From: Basidiobolus meristosporus CBS 931.73
Taxonomy: Eukaryota > Fungi > Basidiobolomycota
Assembly (NCBI GenBank): GCA_002104905.1
Contig: MCFE01000784.1
Span: 1 to 36,487 of the forward strand
Direction of reading: 5' to 3'
DNA length: 36,487 bases
A model generated the notes under the pieces. That model saw only the letters and a program-made list of their open reading frames with translations, did not search any database and had not been told where the DNA came from. The translations under genes were made by a program, and so were the position numbers. Shown here piece by piece: positions 1-10,790 of the stretch. Numbering within the stretch: position 1 is the stretch's first letter; each line of letters starts with the position of its first letter.

Positions 1-1419
1 ATTCTGGAACAATGATATCATGGAGACTCTTGTGCTCAGAAATACCATGGTCCCACCTGCAGGGAAGTCCAGAACCACCCCACAAAAGGAATTATTCCTG
101 GGCCATCAGCAGAAAAAAAAAGAAGAAAAAATGGAAATTACTACTACCACAAACTGGGGTACTTCCCAAATGGGGCCAAAACCTACGTAGGCCATATTTG
201 GACTATCTGGCAATGAAGATATGCTCTATGGAGCCTCTTGTACAAAGTTCTCAAGCCAGAAATCCCAGAAGAGCCTTGAAACTTCAACAGGATCTGTCAG
301 ATATTGTAGTATATATTGGAACAGATTATTTAATGCAGAAGTCTTGATGTCTGCTGTCTATGGAGCTGAAAGAAAAGGTGTAAGGATCAACCCAGATGGT
401 TTTTATAGATTCTACAGACACTGAGAAGATCAGTTAGCCTTCCAAACCAACATCAAGGTTGAAAATAACTGTCAGGAGAATAAGGATAATTGATGCCCTT
501 GTTAAGGAGAATCTCACATCTGAAAGAGTGCCAGTCTCTATTCTACAAGTATATTCTGATAAGACAAAAGCAGCTGTATCAATCCAAATCAGTGAAGCAC
601 TCTGAGAATAGCTACCAAACAACCTATGGTGTTGTCTAATACAAAATGGGTAAATCAAGAAGCAAATAGACTTTGAATCTACCGCAAATGAAGTAATCAG
701 TCCTAAAAAAGTTATTGCAACTTAAGGAAGACAAAGATGACCATTCTAGATCATTTTTGTGGATCTGAAGCACTAAACAGACGTGGTTCAAATGGGAGCA
801 GGCCATCCTAGCTCAGAGCTGAGCAAAAACCTTTTTTTTGGCAATGTTTGTATTTGCTGCTGTACCAGGAAATGAGGATAATACAAATCAGGTGTAAATG
901 ACAAAACCTTAACTTGGCCCAATATAGGTTATTTCTTTTACCTCATATGGAGTCTATATGACGGAAGTAACTGTCCCTGAGCCTAATATGGACACACAGC
1001 AAAGTTGTCTAAATGGATTACACTGTTGGCTGGAAATAAGAAAACTCTAGATCTGCTGTAAATGACAAATTCTTAACTTGACCGCAAGTGGGTCAATTTT
1101 GCTCATATACAAAGCATTAGATAGCCCAGAGGCTATATATCATTATTACAATCTATCAATTAGACTCAGCTCATTTTTCAAGTCCATACAACTGATCAAA
1201 GTTGATGATTAGTATTATGATCAGATCATTCCAATTTTTTAGGCATACTACCAAGTAGATATGCACATTGAATTCCAAGTTACTTGTTCAATTAAGTTCA
1301 ACACAGATGCATATACTGCTGGATAATAAATTAGTCTAGTATGCAACACAGTTAAGTCTTATTGCCTAGTACAGATTTCACACTCTCAATATGTATTTAC
1401 TACTTAAGAATATTTTGTT

Positions 1420-1428
1420 GAGTGGGAG
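1420..1428 (+). other. Polypurine tract (GAGTGGGAG) of a copia-type element
   Basis: Directly precedes TGTTG; the identical 9-mer precedes LTRs at 10459, 13852 and 24989. Confidence 0.85.
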
Positions 1429-1777
1429 TGTTGTAATTATTGAGTTGTCACCTATATATTCTTGCTAGCTTAGTCACATAGATCTTATACTTTGATTAGC
1501 ATTCTGTCCTGACCAGATTTCTTGTTGGGGTTTACCTAGAATATTTTCACCAAATTGTCAGGTACCCAGATTATTATTTTTCTCAAAGTTGTCCAAAAAC
1601 CCCCAAACTTTGCTCACATATTCTTGGGACCTTCTTTAACAAACTCTACATGTTTGTTTTCTCTACTCTATCAATAGTATAAATACCATACTTTTGATCA
1701 ATAAATCTACAAGTTAATAACATGTAAATCCTCTGGTTCTCCACATCACTTCCAATACTCCTCTGAATATTGCAACA
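1429..1777 (+). repeat. 3' LTR, copia family A (349 bp)
   Basis: TGTTG...CAACA termini, PPT upstream, homologous to LTRs at 1957, 10459 and 13852. Confidence 0.88.
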
Positions 1778-1956
1778 AATAGAACACTTAATACAGTGGG
1801 AGAAGGAACTATCCAAGGAAACCTTAGAAGCAGTGAAGTAAGCCATACACTGACCTTTAAAGAAGTACTCTATGTACCAGAAATAGCCAAGAACCTATTG
1901 CCTGTAAGCAAGGCCACAGCAGAAGGACTCAGTTTCAGCTTTGTCAATTCTGGATG
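1778..1956 (+). pseudogene. pol: Outer copia element, protease-region fragment
   Basis: Translates to GEGTIQGNL...EVLYVPEIAKNLLPVSKATAEGLSFSF (copia VLYVP/NLLSVS motif); continues at 10791. Confidence 0.9.
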
Positions 1957-2286
1957 TGTTGTGAAATTAGTGATTCCACCTAAATATTCTCCTAATTTAG
2001 TCACTTAAGTCATTACCTTCAAATCCTAGAGAATACTGACCAAACTCCTTGTTGGGATTTACTTAGAATATTTACCCAGAACATGAAAATTAGATAAGTG
2101 GTCCTAACAGCCCCAAACTTTACACACATGTTCTTGCAACCTTCCTTAACCTATTCTATGTGCTTGTAAATAAAGACCGGGTAAAAATATAATTACTACT
2201 TATAGATTCAACAAATCATTAAGTGAAAACCACATAATCTACATATCCTCCCAGTCACTTCCAATATCTCCATGACTCTTACAACA
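1957..2286 (+). repeat. 5' LTR of inner copia (family A)
   Basis: TGTTG...CAACA, followed by PBS. Confidence 0.93.
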
Positions 2287-2298
2287 GGTTATGAGCCC
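2287..2298 (+). other. PBS GGTTATGAGCCC, complementary to the tRNA-iMet anticodon arm (half-tRNA primer)
   Basis: Reverse complement GGGCTCATAACC; abuts the LTR end; same PBS type as Ty5 and Drosophila copia. Confidence 0.85.
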
Positions 2299-2319
2299 CG
2301 AGCTATCACTCTCTGCAGT

Positions 2320-3309
2320 GTCTACTACTGCTATTACTGGAATTTTTCCCTCTGCTGAAAAGTAGAATAGATCTAACTACTTAGTGTGGAAGGTGAAGAT
2401 GAAGATACTACTACAAGAAAGAGGCCTTTGGGATACTGTCATGGGAGAAGAATGCCCTCCTAACAATATGGGAGAGAAAGCAATGAAGTACTAGAAGAAA
2501 GAACAAAGAGCCTTTAAGTGCATTTGCCTTAATGTTAAAGGCAAATTGCTAATTCAATCCTCAAGAGCAAAACAGCAAAGATACAGTAGAGAATGCCTGG
2601 AAGGCATTAGAAGACACCCACCAGTCATGTTCAGCTGCTAAGAAGATGTATCTGGGACAAAAATTCCTTACTACAAAGCTGCAGCCAGGACAAGAAATGA
2701 AAAATCTGATTAACAAAATTACCATGCTGGTAGATGAAATGGAATCTGTGGGTGTACCAACTACTGATGAGGATGTGATAGTTACCATCCAGAATAGCCT
2801 GACAGGCAAGTCTCAGAGCCTTGTATGAGCCCAAGAGTCCAGAACTGAAGATTTGACCTTGAACTACGTATATGGAAGGCTCCTGGATGAAGAATTAAGA
2901 AAATTAAGCACAAATAAGAAGAAAGAAGAAAATGCTGTAATAAGCAATGATAACCAACAAAGGAGGTACCCAAGACCCTACAAAGGCAACTGCAATCTGA
3001 TTTGTAATTACTGTAAAAGGAAAGGACACATGTCAGACCGGTGTCTCAAAAAGAGAGATAATCAGCAAAAGAAGCCTGAATATGGAAATGCTGCAACAAC
3101 TGAAGATAGACTATTCATATCTGCACTGAATATGACCACAAACAAGAGTTCTCAGATATACTATATTGACTCTGGAGCATCTCAACACTTTAAACACCAA
3201 AAGAACTTTTTACATAACATCAAGAAATTCTAATTAAGAAGGTTTTCATGGGTGAAAATAGAACACTTCATGCAGTGGGAGAAGGAACTGTCCAAGTAAA
3301 CCTAAGAGG
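2320..3309 (+). pseudogene. gag: Copia gag plus N-terminal protease, with stops and frameshifts
   Basis: SNYLVWKVKMKILLQERGLWDTVMG; CNYCKRKGHMSDRC zinc knuckle; YYIDSGASQH protease motif. Confidence 0.93.
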
Positions 3310-3404
3310 CACTGTTGACAATTCTAAGATTCTGCACTTAGTTGTCACTTAGGTTCCGTGAACTCATTCAAGAGTTTTATTACACTTTTCTCTTGGATAT
3401 AACA
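3310..3404 (+). repeat. Truncated 5' LTR of gypsy (3' end only)
   Basis: Direct repeat of 7596-7690, ending in AACA. Confidence 0.85.
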
Positions 3405-3410
3405 TTTTTT

Positions 3411-3421
3411 TTGTTGAATTC
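3411..3421 (+). other. Candidate self-priming PBS TTGTTGAATTC
   Basis: No TGG-type PBS after the LTR; exact reverse complement of GAATTCAACAA in the related LTR at 14820-14830 (minus), and 10/11 match to 7430-7440. Confidence 0.65.
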
Positions 3422-3445
3422 CATCACATTCAACTGCATTACAAT

Positions 3446-3965
3446 ATGTCCTCAGCAGCAAGCAATCCAAATCTTTCCATGTTGGAAGAAGTCTGCAGAA
3501 ATCAGGAAGAACTAACTGAACAGCTTGAAAACATCATGCATGAAAGAAAAACCTTGATGCTTGAGCACTCAGAGCTTGCCCAGACAAGATCTGACAATCA
3601 TCTTAGAGATGAACTTCTTGAAATTATTTCCAGTTACCAAGATGAAATTGCAATTATAAAAGAAGCCCTGGAGAATGTTGCCATTGTAATTGACAGCATT
3701 GAAAATCCATCAAGCCTTGCTCTGCATTAGCCACCAACAAGTCATGCCTTTGGATCCTTCAGATCTACATCACCCTCTAGACCTACCCCAGTGGTTGTCC
3801 CAAGAACCTTGCCTCGTTATGCTGAAGGAGCCAATGCCATAAAGAATCCTACTGAGTTTCTCTACAAGTTTATTCATGTCTTAGCTGCACACCAGCTAGA
3901 CCCTGGCACCAATTGGGCTAGACTTCTGCCTCTCTGTCTCACCATGCAAGATGCCAACTGGGTTG
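3446..3965 (+). pseudogene. gag: Gypsy gag N-terminal part
   Basis: Coiled-coil ORF 3446-3730, then LPRYAEG...NPTEFLYKFIHVLAAHQL...WARLLPLCL; cut off by an LTR fragment. Confidence 0.75.
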
Positions 3966-4152
3966 AGTACATAATAGTCAGTATTAGTGCTAATTTGATC
4001 CTGACTATAGGGGAATAATCATAAGATCATAGATCCAAAGAAAGTGACAAAGTTAGAGCTGTAAGTTAGTCCCACAGTGTCCAAGACTAGTCAAGAATTG
4101 TTGAGTAAATGTTTAGCTGCTGAATGATACCAAATAGTCCAATATTTCAACA
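3966..4152 (-). repeat. Truncated antisense solo LTR, family E
   Basis: Matches about 33309-33495, including CTAATTTGATCCTGACTATAGGGGAATAATCATAAGATCATA and the terminal ...CCAATATTTCAACA. Confidence 0.9.
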
Positions 4153-7100
4153 CATTCAACCAATGATATGACAGGGTATGAGGAAGCATATGAAGAACTT
4201 CCAGTTCAAGATTATCACAACCTTGTTGAGATTCTGGCTAAAATTGCAACTGTTCAAGAAAAGAAGCAACCAATTGCACAGCTATAAGCTATAGAGGTGC
4301 CACTCAAACTCAATGACCAATCTTACATAGCACTACTGGATACTGGATCATCCAACTCTATTGTATCACCCAATGTAATCAAAGAGCTCAAATAGGCAAT
4401 AGAAAAGCAACCAGAAAAATCATACTTGCGGCTAAGGACTTCTCAGCCCCAAGAATTGGTATAACCAACCCAATCAGCATACCCTGTGATTCAATAAATA
4501 TAATCCATCAGATGGAAGTTATTGACATTGCAGATGAACCTCAGGTAGTCATTGGTCTAGACACCTTCACTAAGCTTGGCTTTCACATAGGTGGACTACC
4601 ATTTTCATATTTTGGAATCACTAAGTCTCAGCTACCCAGAATGGATTGGATTCCAAAGATTTTCTCTCCCCATCCAGAAGCAGAGGAGTCAACCCCAACT
4701 TTTCAAGCATATTTTCAATCAATCAAATTGGAAATCAGCCAGCCATAGAAAGAAACCAAACCATTCCCAGGAATAGCTTCTGCTCTATTCCAGAATCCAT
4801 TGTTACACTAGAAACCCCACCTGGTGAGTCAACATGGAGGAGGCAATACCCAATTCTGCATTCTTGTCAACACTTGGTTGATGAAATAGTCCAGAAGTAG
4901 GGTCAACAATGGAATTATCAATCAAGCCCCTGCCGACACAACATTCAACAGCCCTTTGATGCTTACACCTAAGAAAGATGCCAATGGAAATCTAACTATG
5001 AAGTGACCCTGTTTGGACCCTAGACCTCCAAATAAGCTTCTCCAAGATGATATAGTTCCAATTCCAAGAATCCAGGATTCCTTTTCCTCACTCTTGGGTG
5101 CAAAAGTATTCTCCAAAATGGACTTGAAGGATGCATATCACTAATTCCAGATCCATCCAGATCATCAGCATAAGAGTGCCTTTACTTGGAATAATATGCA
5201 ATGGATGTTTCAGGGAGCTCCCTTTGGCCTAAAGACACTGGCCAGCAAGTTCCAGAGAGTCAATACTACAATACTCATGAATGCACCATACACCTTAGTA
5301 TTGGTTGATGATGTTATCATATTTTCCACAAACCAAGATAATCATGCAACCCATGTCACTGATATAATCAATAGACTGACAACTGCTGGACTGATGCTTA
5401 ATGCAGAAAAGTGCAGCTTTGCCGGCCTCAAAATCAATCTACTTGGATTCATTGTCACACCAGATGGCCACCAGCTTGATCCTTGCAAACTGGTCAATAT
5501 TCCTGAATGGCCAAAACCCACTAGTGCTAAGCAACTCCAACATTATCTTGGAGTATTCAACTATTTCAGGGAACACATTCCTCTCATATCCTCATTGAGT
5601 GCCCCTTTGGATGCATTATGCCATAGTCCTGATCTTCCCTTAGCCTAGAACAAGGTTCATTACCAAGCATTTGAGTCACTCTGCTAATTACTCCCACAAG
5701 CACCCACCCTATCCTACCCAGTCTTTACTAAAACCTTTGTTGTTGCTAAAGATGCATCTGATGTTGGGTTACGGGCTGTCTTTTACCAGGATGAAGACCA
5801 AAATCCACCTCACTGGATCTCTTTTCAAGCCAGATCCCTACAATCTGCTGAGAGAAGATACTCTGCCACCAAGAAGGAGCTACTTGCCATAGTCTTTGCC
5901 TTGAAGAAGTTTCATCAGTACTTATGGGGTAGCCTTTGACTTTGTACACAGACTGCCAAGCCCTTGTCTATATCCATACTCAAAAGACTCTGCCTCAAAT
6001 GCTTACCAACTGGCTCAATACTCTACTTGATTATAAATATACAGTTATTCATTGACCTGCAATCCTCAACATCCTGCCTGACCACCTTTCAAGACCTTTC
6101 CCAACCTCACTTTGGGAGGGACATGTGAATACTGACATAATCAATAAGCTCACTACAGCTTCCAAAATAATTCCTCAACTGGATTCAGCTACTTGGAAAA
6201 TCTCACGTGCCAATGAAAGAAAAATATTCATACAGAGGAGTCATTAACTTGGCCACTTTGGAGCTGACACACTTATGAAGAAGCTACACTCTGATGGATA
6301 TCACTGGCCAAATATCAAAGCTGACTGCCTAGCATTTGTCAAGTCTTGCAGAAAATGTCAGCTTTACAATATCAGCTGGCATGGATCTCACCCTTGGAAT
6401 CCCATCCATGTAATCCTTCCTATGGATCATATTGCAGTTGATCTAGCTGGAACTTTCACCACTAGTGATGATGGTTATCACTACCTCTTTGTAACTGTGG
6501 ATGTATGAATACATTTTGTCTTCCTCAAAGCTATCACAGACAAGTATGCTGCCTCTTTTGCACAAGCACTATATAAGCTCTTCTGCCTTTTTGGATTCCC
6601 TAAGGCCATTCAATCAGACAATGGAGCAGAATTTGTAAATCATCTGATCAAAGCCCTCTGCCAGAATAGTGCCATTGATCACTGTCTGATCACTCCATAT
6701 CATCCAAAAGCTAATGGACTTGCTGAAAGACATGTTCAGACCTCAGTGAACAACATCAGGAAATCTATTAAAGGTATCAAGATGAATAGGGACAAGTACA
6801 TTCCCACTGTACAGTATGCTATCAACACCAAAATTGCCGCTTTACATGGATCAACATTGTTTTCTTTCATGTTTGAAGGAATAGACATCCACTTTGGGGA
6901 CTACCAGAATACAGAGCTAGCTAGTTTGAATACGGACAAGCTAAAGAACCGGCTTGAGTGCCTTACAAACATTGTCTAAGCTGCTATCAGTGCAAGAAGT
7001 AAGGCCACACAGCAAAAGATGACTTAGACATACGCCTCAAGACACAGGAACAGCAGCTTTCCAGATGGGACATATGTCATGACACTGGATCCAATCCAAC

Positions 7101-7430
7101 AATCTAAACTGACCCCAAATATGAAGGCCCATTCAAAGTAGTTAGCATTACAACAGGAGGATCTTATGTACTTTAGGAAAATACTGGAGCACTGCTTCCC
7201 AAAAACTTTCCACCTTTTTCACTCAAACTTATATCTCAAGACCCAGTTACTTCTGAATCCTGTGAAGCTGAAGCTATTGTTGACCATGATGGAGAAGAAC
7301 CAAATTGCCTTTATTTAGTCTAGTGGAAAGGTTATGATGCCAAACCAACATCTGGGAACCTTACACCAACTTTGATGATGTTGCCATCAATGATCAGTAT
7401 TGGAGCTGCAGGGGACCCAACAAAATTAAG
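4153..7430 (+). pseudogene. pol: Gypsy pol (PR-RT-RNaseH-INT-chromodomain), disrupted
   Basis: ALLDTGSSNS; WRRQYPI; FQGAPFGLK and LVDDVIIFS; DASDVG; YHWPNIKADC..CRKCQ; IQSDNGAEF; chromodomain EAIVDH...LV*WKGY...WEPYTNFDD...YW (about 7260-7410). Confidence 0.95.
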
Positions 7431-7690
7431 AATTCTACAAATCCATTCTAGTTTCTACCCAAGCTTAGCATATCTGGCACTCTCAAGAACACCAAGCCTA
7501 GCCTGCAAAGCAAACCTAATCTGTTGCCTTTATAGCCCAACTCAGTTATATATAAGACCAATATTAGACTAGAACCTCTCAGCTAATATTTCTGTCACTG
7601 TTGACAATTCTAAGATTCTGCACTTAGTTATCACTTAGGGTCATTTAACTCATTCAAGAGTTTTATTACACTTTTCTCTTGGATTCAACA
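7430..7690 (+). repeat. 3' LTR remnant of gypsy (family F), upstream part and PPT not found
   Basis: Homologous to the reverse complement of 14570-14830; ends GGATTCAACA. Confidence 0.8.
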
Positions 7691-9861
7691 CAAGGTTACA
7701 GCAGAAGGACTCAGTTTCAGCTTTGAAATTCTGGATGCAAGATCACTGGTCAAAATGATGCCCATATTGCTTTGGGTATCAGAGATTGGAATCTATACAA
7801 GTTGACTTATATTCCATCATGTTTGGAAGCCAATATATGTAACTTATATGATGAAACACCAAGGCTTTAGCACAGGAGATTTAGGCACATCAATTTTGAT
7901 TATTTGTGCAAAATGATCAAAGATCAGCTGATTTCTGGAGTAAAAATTGATCCCCCAGCTAATTTGGAGCACTGTGAAGCCTGCATATATGGGAAATAAG
8001 CCCAAAAACCATTCAAGAAACAATGGTGGAGAATATAACTCAATAATCTTCATCTACTTCTGCAAAACTCATGGGATAAAGCAAGAGACTACTATAACAT
8101 ACTCCCCACAGCAAAATGGAATAGCAGAGTGTGCCAACAGATCATTAATTGATATGGCAAGATTTGGGGTTCATGATCAAAAATTATCCTGAGATTTTTG
8201 GGCAGAATCTGCTAAGAATATTTGGGTGTACAGCATATGCTAAAGCAAAGAAGCTAATCAAGTCCAGGGATGTGTTGTGTGATGAAAATTCCAAATTTTC
8301 ACACAAAATGACATCAGATGATGACAAAAATCTGATCTCCAGTCCATCAGTTGTAAGGATTGAATCTGAGCAAAACAATGAGAACTTATCACTCCAGAGG
8401 ACTCTAAAGCCATGGTTCAGCCAGAATCAGTGCCCAGGAATATCCCACAACTAATCATTCCAGTATCAAATGCCCAGAGATCCAATTGGAGAAGAAATAG
8501 CCCAAGTTACTATATCAATGAGCATACAAACTTAGCCTATGCCTATCCAGTCCATATTGATGAGCCCCTGACTGTAAAAGTGGCCCTAAATAGCCCTCAG
8601 ACAAATTTAGGAGATCTGCAATGACTGAGGGATATCAGGCCCTGATAGAAAATTGAACTTGGAACTTAGTCAAATTATCAATCAACCAAATATCAATTGG
8701 ATGCAGATGGTTCTTCAAAATAAACCATAAGGCTGATAGTGCAAATGAAAGATACAGAGCAAGATTTGTGGCTAAAGGATACTCTCACACAAAAGGACTT
8801 GACTATACTGAGACCTTTGCACTGGTAGCCAAGTTTAATTCCATTATATTAATCTTGGCTGTCGCAGCCAAATATAAGTTTTTTATTCATCAAATGGATG
8901 TAAAAACTGCATTTTTGAATGGAGAACTTCATGAGGACATGTATATGAACCAGCCTGATGGGCTTGCTGACCAAGATAACCCCCATTTGGTCTGCAAGCT
9001 TCAAAAGTCACTATATGGTCTTAAAAAATGACCAAGAGCCTGGAATTGCAAGATAGATTCTTATTTGGAATCTTTGAGTTTCAAAAGGAGTAATGCTGAC
9101 TATAGTATATACTATAAGCCAGATAGAGCAAATCCAGTTCTATTAGCTCTATATGTGGATGTTCTTATTATAGCCGCCAATAACCTAACAACATTGGAAG
9201 AGACTAATTCCAACCTATCAAAGGAATTCAAGATGTCCAATCTAGGAGAACTCAGTAACTACTTGGGAATTAAGCTCTCCATAGACAGAAGTACCAAGAC
9301 TATTACCCTAAGCCAATCCAAGTATATTCAAGATATACTCAAGAAGTACAAAATGGAGAACTATAAACCAGCAGCAGCCCAAAGGAGTCAAACCTTAACT
9401 TGAGAGAGCTTGGGGCCATTTGAAAGCCCTGACTTTCCTTATCAATCTATTGTTGGCAGTCTGATATATATAATGCATGAAACATGTCCAGATATCTCAT
9501 ACACAGTGGAAGTTGTCAGCCAGCATAATCAGAACTATGGATCTGATCACATTGCAGCAGTTAAGTGAGTTTTTAGATACCTCAAAGGAGCTGCTGATAT
9601 CTGCTTAAGATACACTTATGAGGATTCAGAACAGTATTTTGTACAATATTCTGATGCAGATTGGGGACAAAATTTGGAAGACAAAAGATCTACCACAGAA
9701 AACACCTTTCTTTACTATAAAGGAGTGATTTCATGGAATTCAAGAAAGCAACCTGCTGTAGCACTTTCTACCACAGAGGCAGAGTACATGGCAGCCTGTG
9801 AAGCTAAAAAAAAGTACTGTGGTTATGAAAGCTTTTTACAGGATTAGGCCTATGTCAAAAA
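7691..9861 (+). pseudogene. pol: Inner copia pol (PR end, deleted INT, RT, start of RNaseH)
   Basis: KVTAEGLSFSF; NNGGEY; PQQNGIAE; QMDVKTAFLNG; LYVDVLII; DADWG; STTEAEYMA. Confidence 0.93.
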
Positions 9862-10193
9862 TGTTGTAAGAGTCTTGGAGATATTGGAAGTGATTGGGAG
9901 GACAAGTAGATTATGTGGTTTTCACTTAATGATTTATTGAATGTAAACGTATTATTGATACTTTTACATGGTCTTGGAATAACAAACGCATAGAATAGGT
10001 TAAGGAAGGTCCCAAGAACATGTGTGCAAAGTTTGGGGCTGTTTGGACAACTTATCTAATTTTCATGTTCTGGGTATATATTTTAAGTAAATCCCAACAA
10101 GGAATTTGGTCAGTATTCTCTAGGATTTGAAGGTGATGATCTAAGTGACTAAGTTAGGTGAATATTTAGGTGGAAACACAAACTTTTACAACA
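9862..10193 (-). repeat. Antisense solo LTR, family A (332 bp), with TSD AAAAA
   Basis: TGTTG...CAACA; A5 on both flanks; RNaseH reading continues across it. Confidence 0.92.
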
Positions 10194-10447
10194 AAAAAAT
10201 GCCTATCACTTTATTTCAAGATTCTCAAGGATGTATACAATTAGGTAGAAATCCAACTTTTCATGCTAGAACCAAGCAAATAGATATTAGACATCAATTC
10301 ATACATGAAGCTATAGAGAATAACTTAGTTAGCTTAGTTTACTGTCCTACAGATGAAATGATTGCAGACATATTTACCACACCATTAGCTAGAGACAAGT
10401 TTGAATATCTTGGGTCAAAATTAGGACCAGTCAGTATGAACATTTAG
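10194..10447 (+). pseudogene. pol: Inner copia RNaseH C-terminus
   Basis: FQDSQGCI...HARTKQIDIRHQFIHE...MIADIFT. Confidence 0.93.
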
Positions 10448-10458
10448 CTGAGTGGGAG

Positions 10459-10790
10459 TGTTGTGAATATTTGTAAATCCACCTGAATATTCATCTAACT
10501 TAGTCACTTATATCATTACCTTTGAATCCTAGAGAATACTGACCAGATTCCTTGTTGAGATTTACTTAGAATATTTACCCAGAACATGAAAATTAGATAA
10601 GTTGTCCAAACATCCCTAAACTTTGCACGCTTGTTCTTGGGACCTTCCTTAACCTATTTTATGTGTTTGTTATGCCAAGACCATGTAAAAGTATCAATAC
10701 TACTTTTAAATTCAATCAATCATTAAGTGAAAACAACAGATTCTACTTGTCCACCCAATCACTTCCAATATCTGTAAGACTCTTACAACA
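10459..10790 (+). repeat. 3' LTR of inner copia, preceded by PPT 10450-10458
   Basis: TGTTG...CAACA followed by the TSD GGATG. Confidence 0.94.

Larger units (their letters stand above)
3310..7690 (+). mobile_element. Ty3/gypsy chromovirus inserted in the copia protease region
   Basis: Shared terminal segment 3310-3404 and 7596-7690; gag, PR, RT, RNaseH, INT, chromodomain in gypsy order; copia resumes at 7691. Confidence 0.93.
1957..10790 (+). mobile_element. Complete but decayed Ty1/copia LTR retrotransposon with nested insertions
   Basis: Paired LTRs 1957-2286 and 10459-10790, 5-bp TSD GGATG (1952-1956 and 10791-10795), PBS, PPT, gag-PR-INT-RT-RH order. Confidence 0.95.

Noticed and set aside
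12-347. 111-aa ORF with a poly-Lys stretch as a host gene
   Set aside because: The Lys run comes from an A-rich tract, no family motif is present, and all three frames are riddled with stops
7379-7397. TGTTGCCATCAATGATCAG as the true start of the gypsy 3' LTR (resembles the solo LTR start TGTTGTCAACTGATCAG)
   Set aside because: It lies within chromodomain-coding sequence, has no PPT upstream, and similarity does not continue; probably chance
3313-7690. 92-bp mini-LTRs TGTTGA...TCAACA for the gypsy (3313-3404 and 7599-7690)
   Set aside because: No TSD, no PPT before 7599, and homology to the solo LTR at 14570 extends a further ~170 bp upstream, so these are truncated longer LTRs
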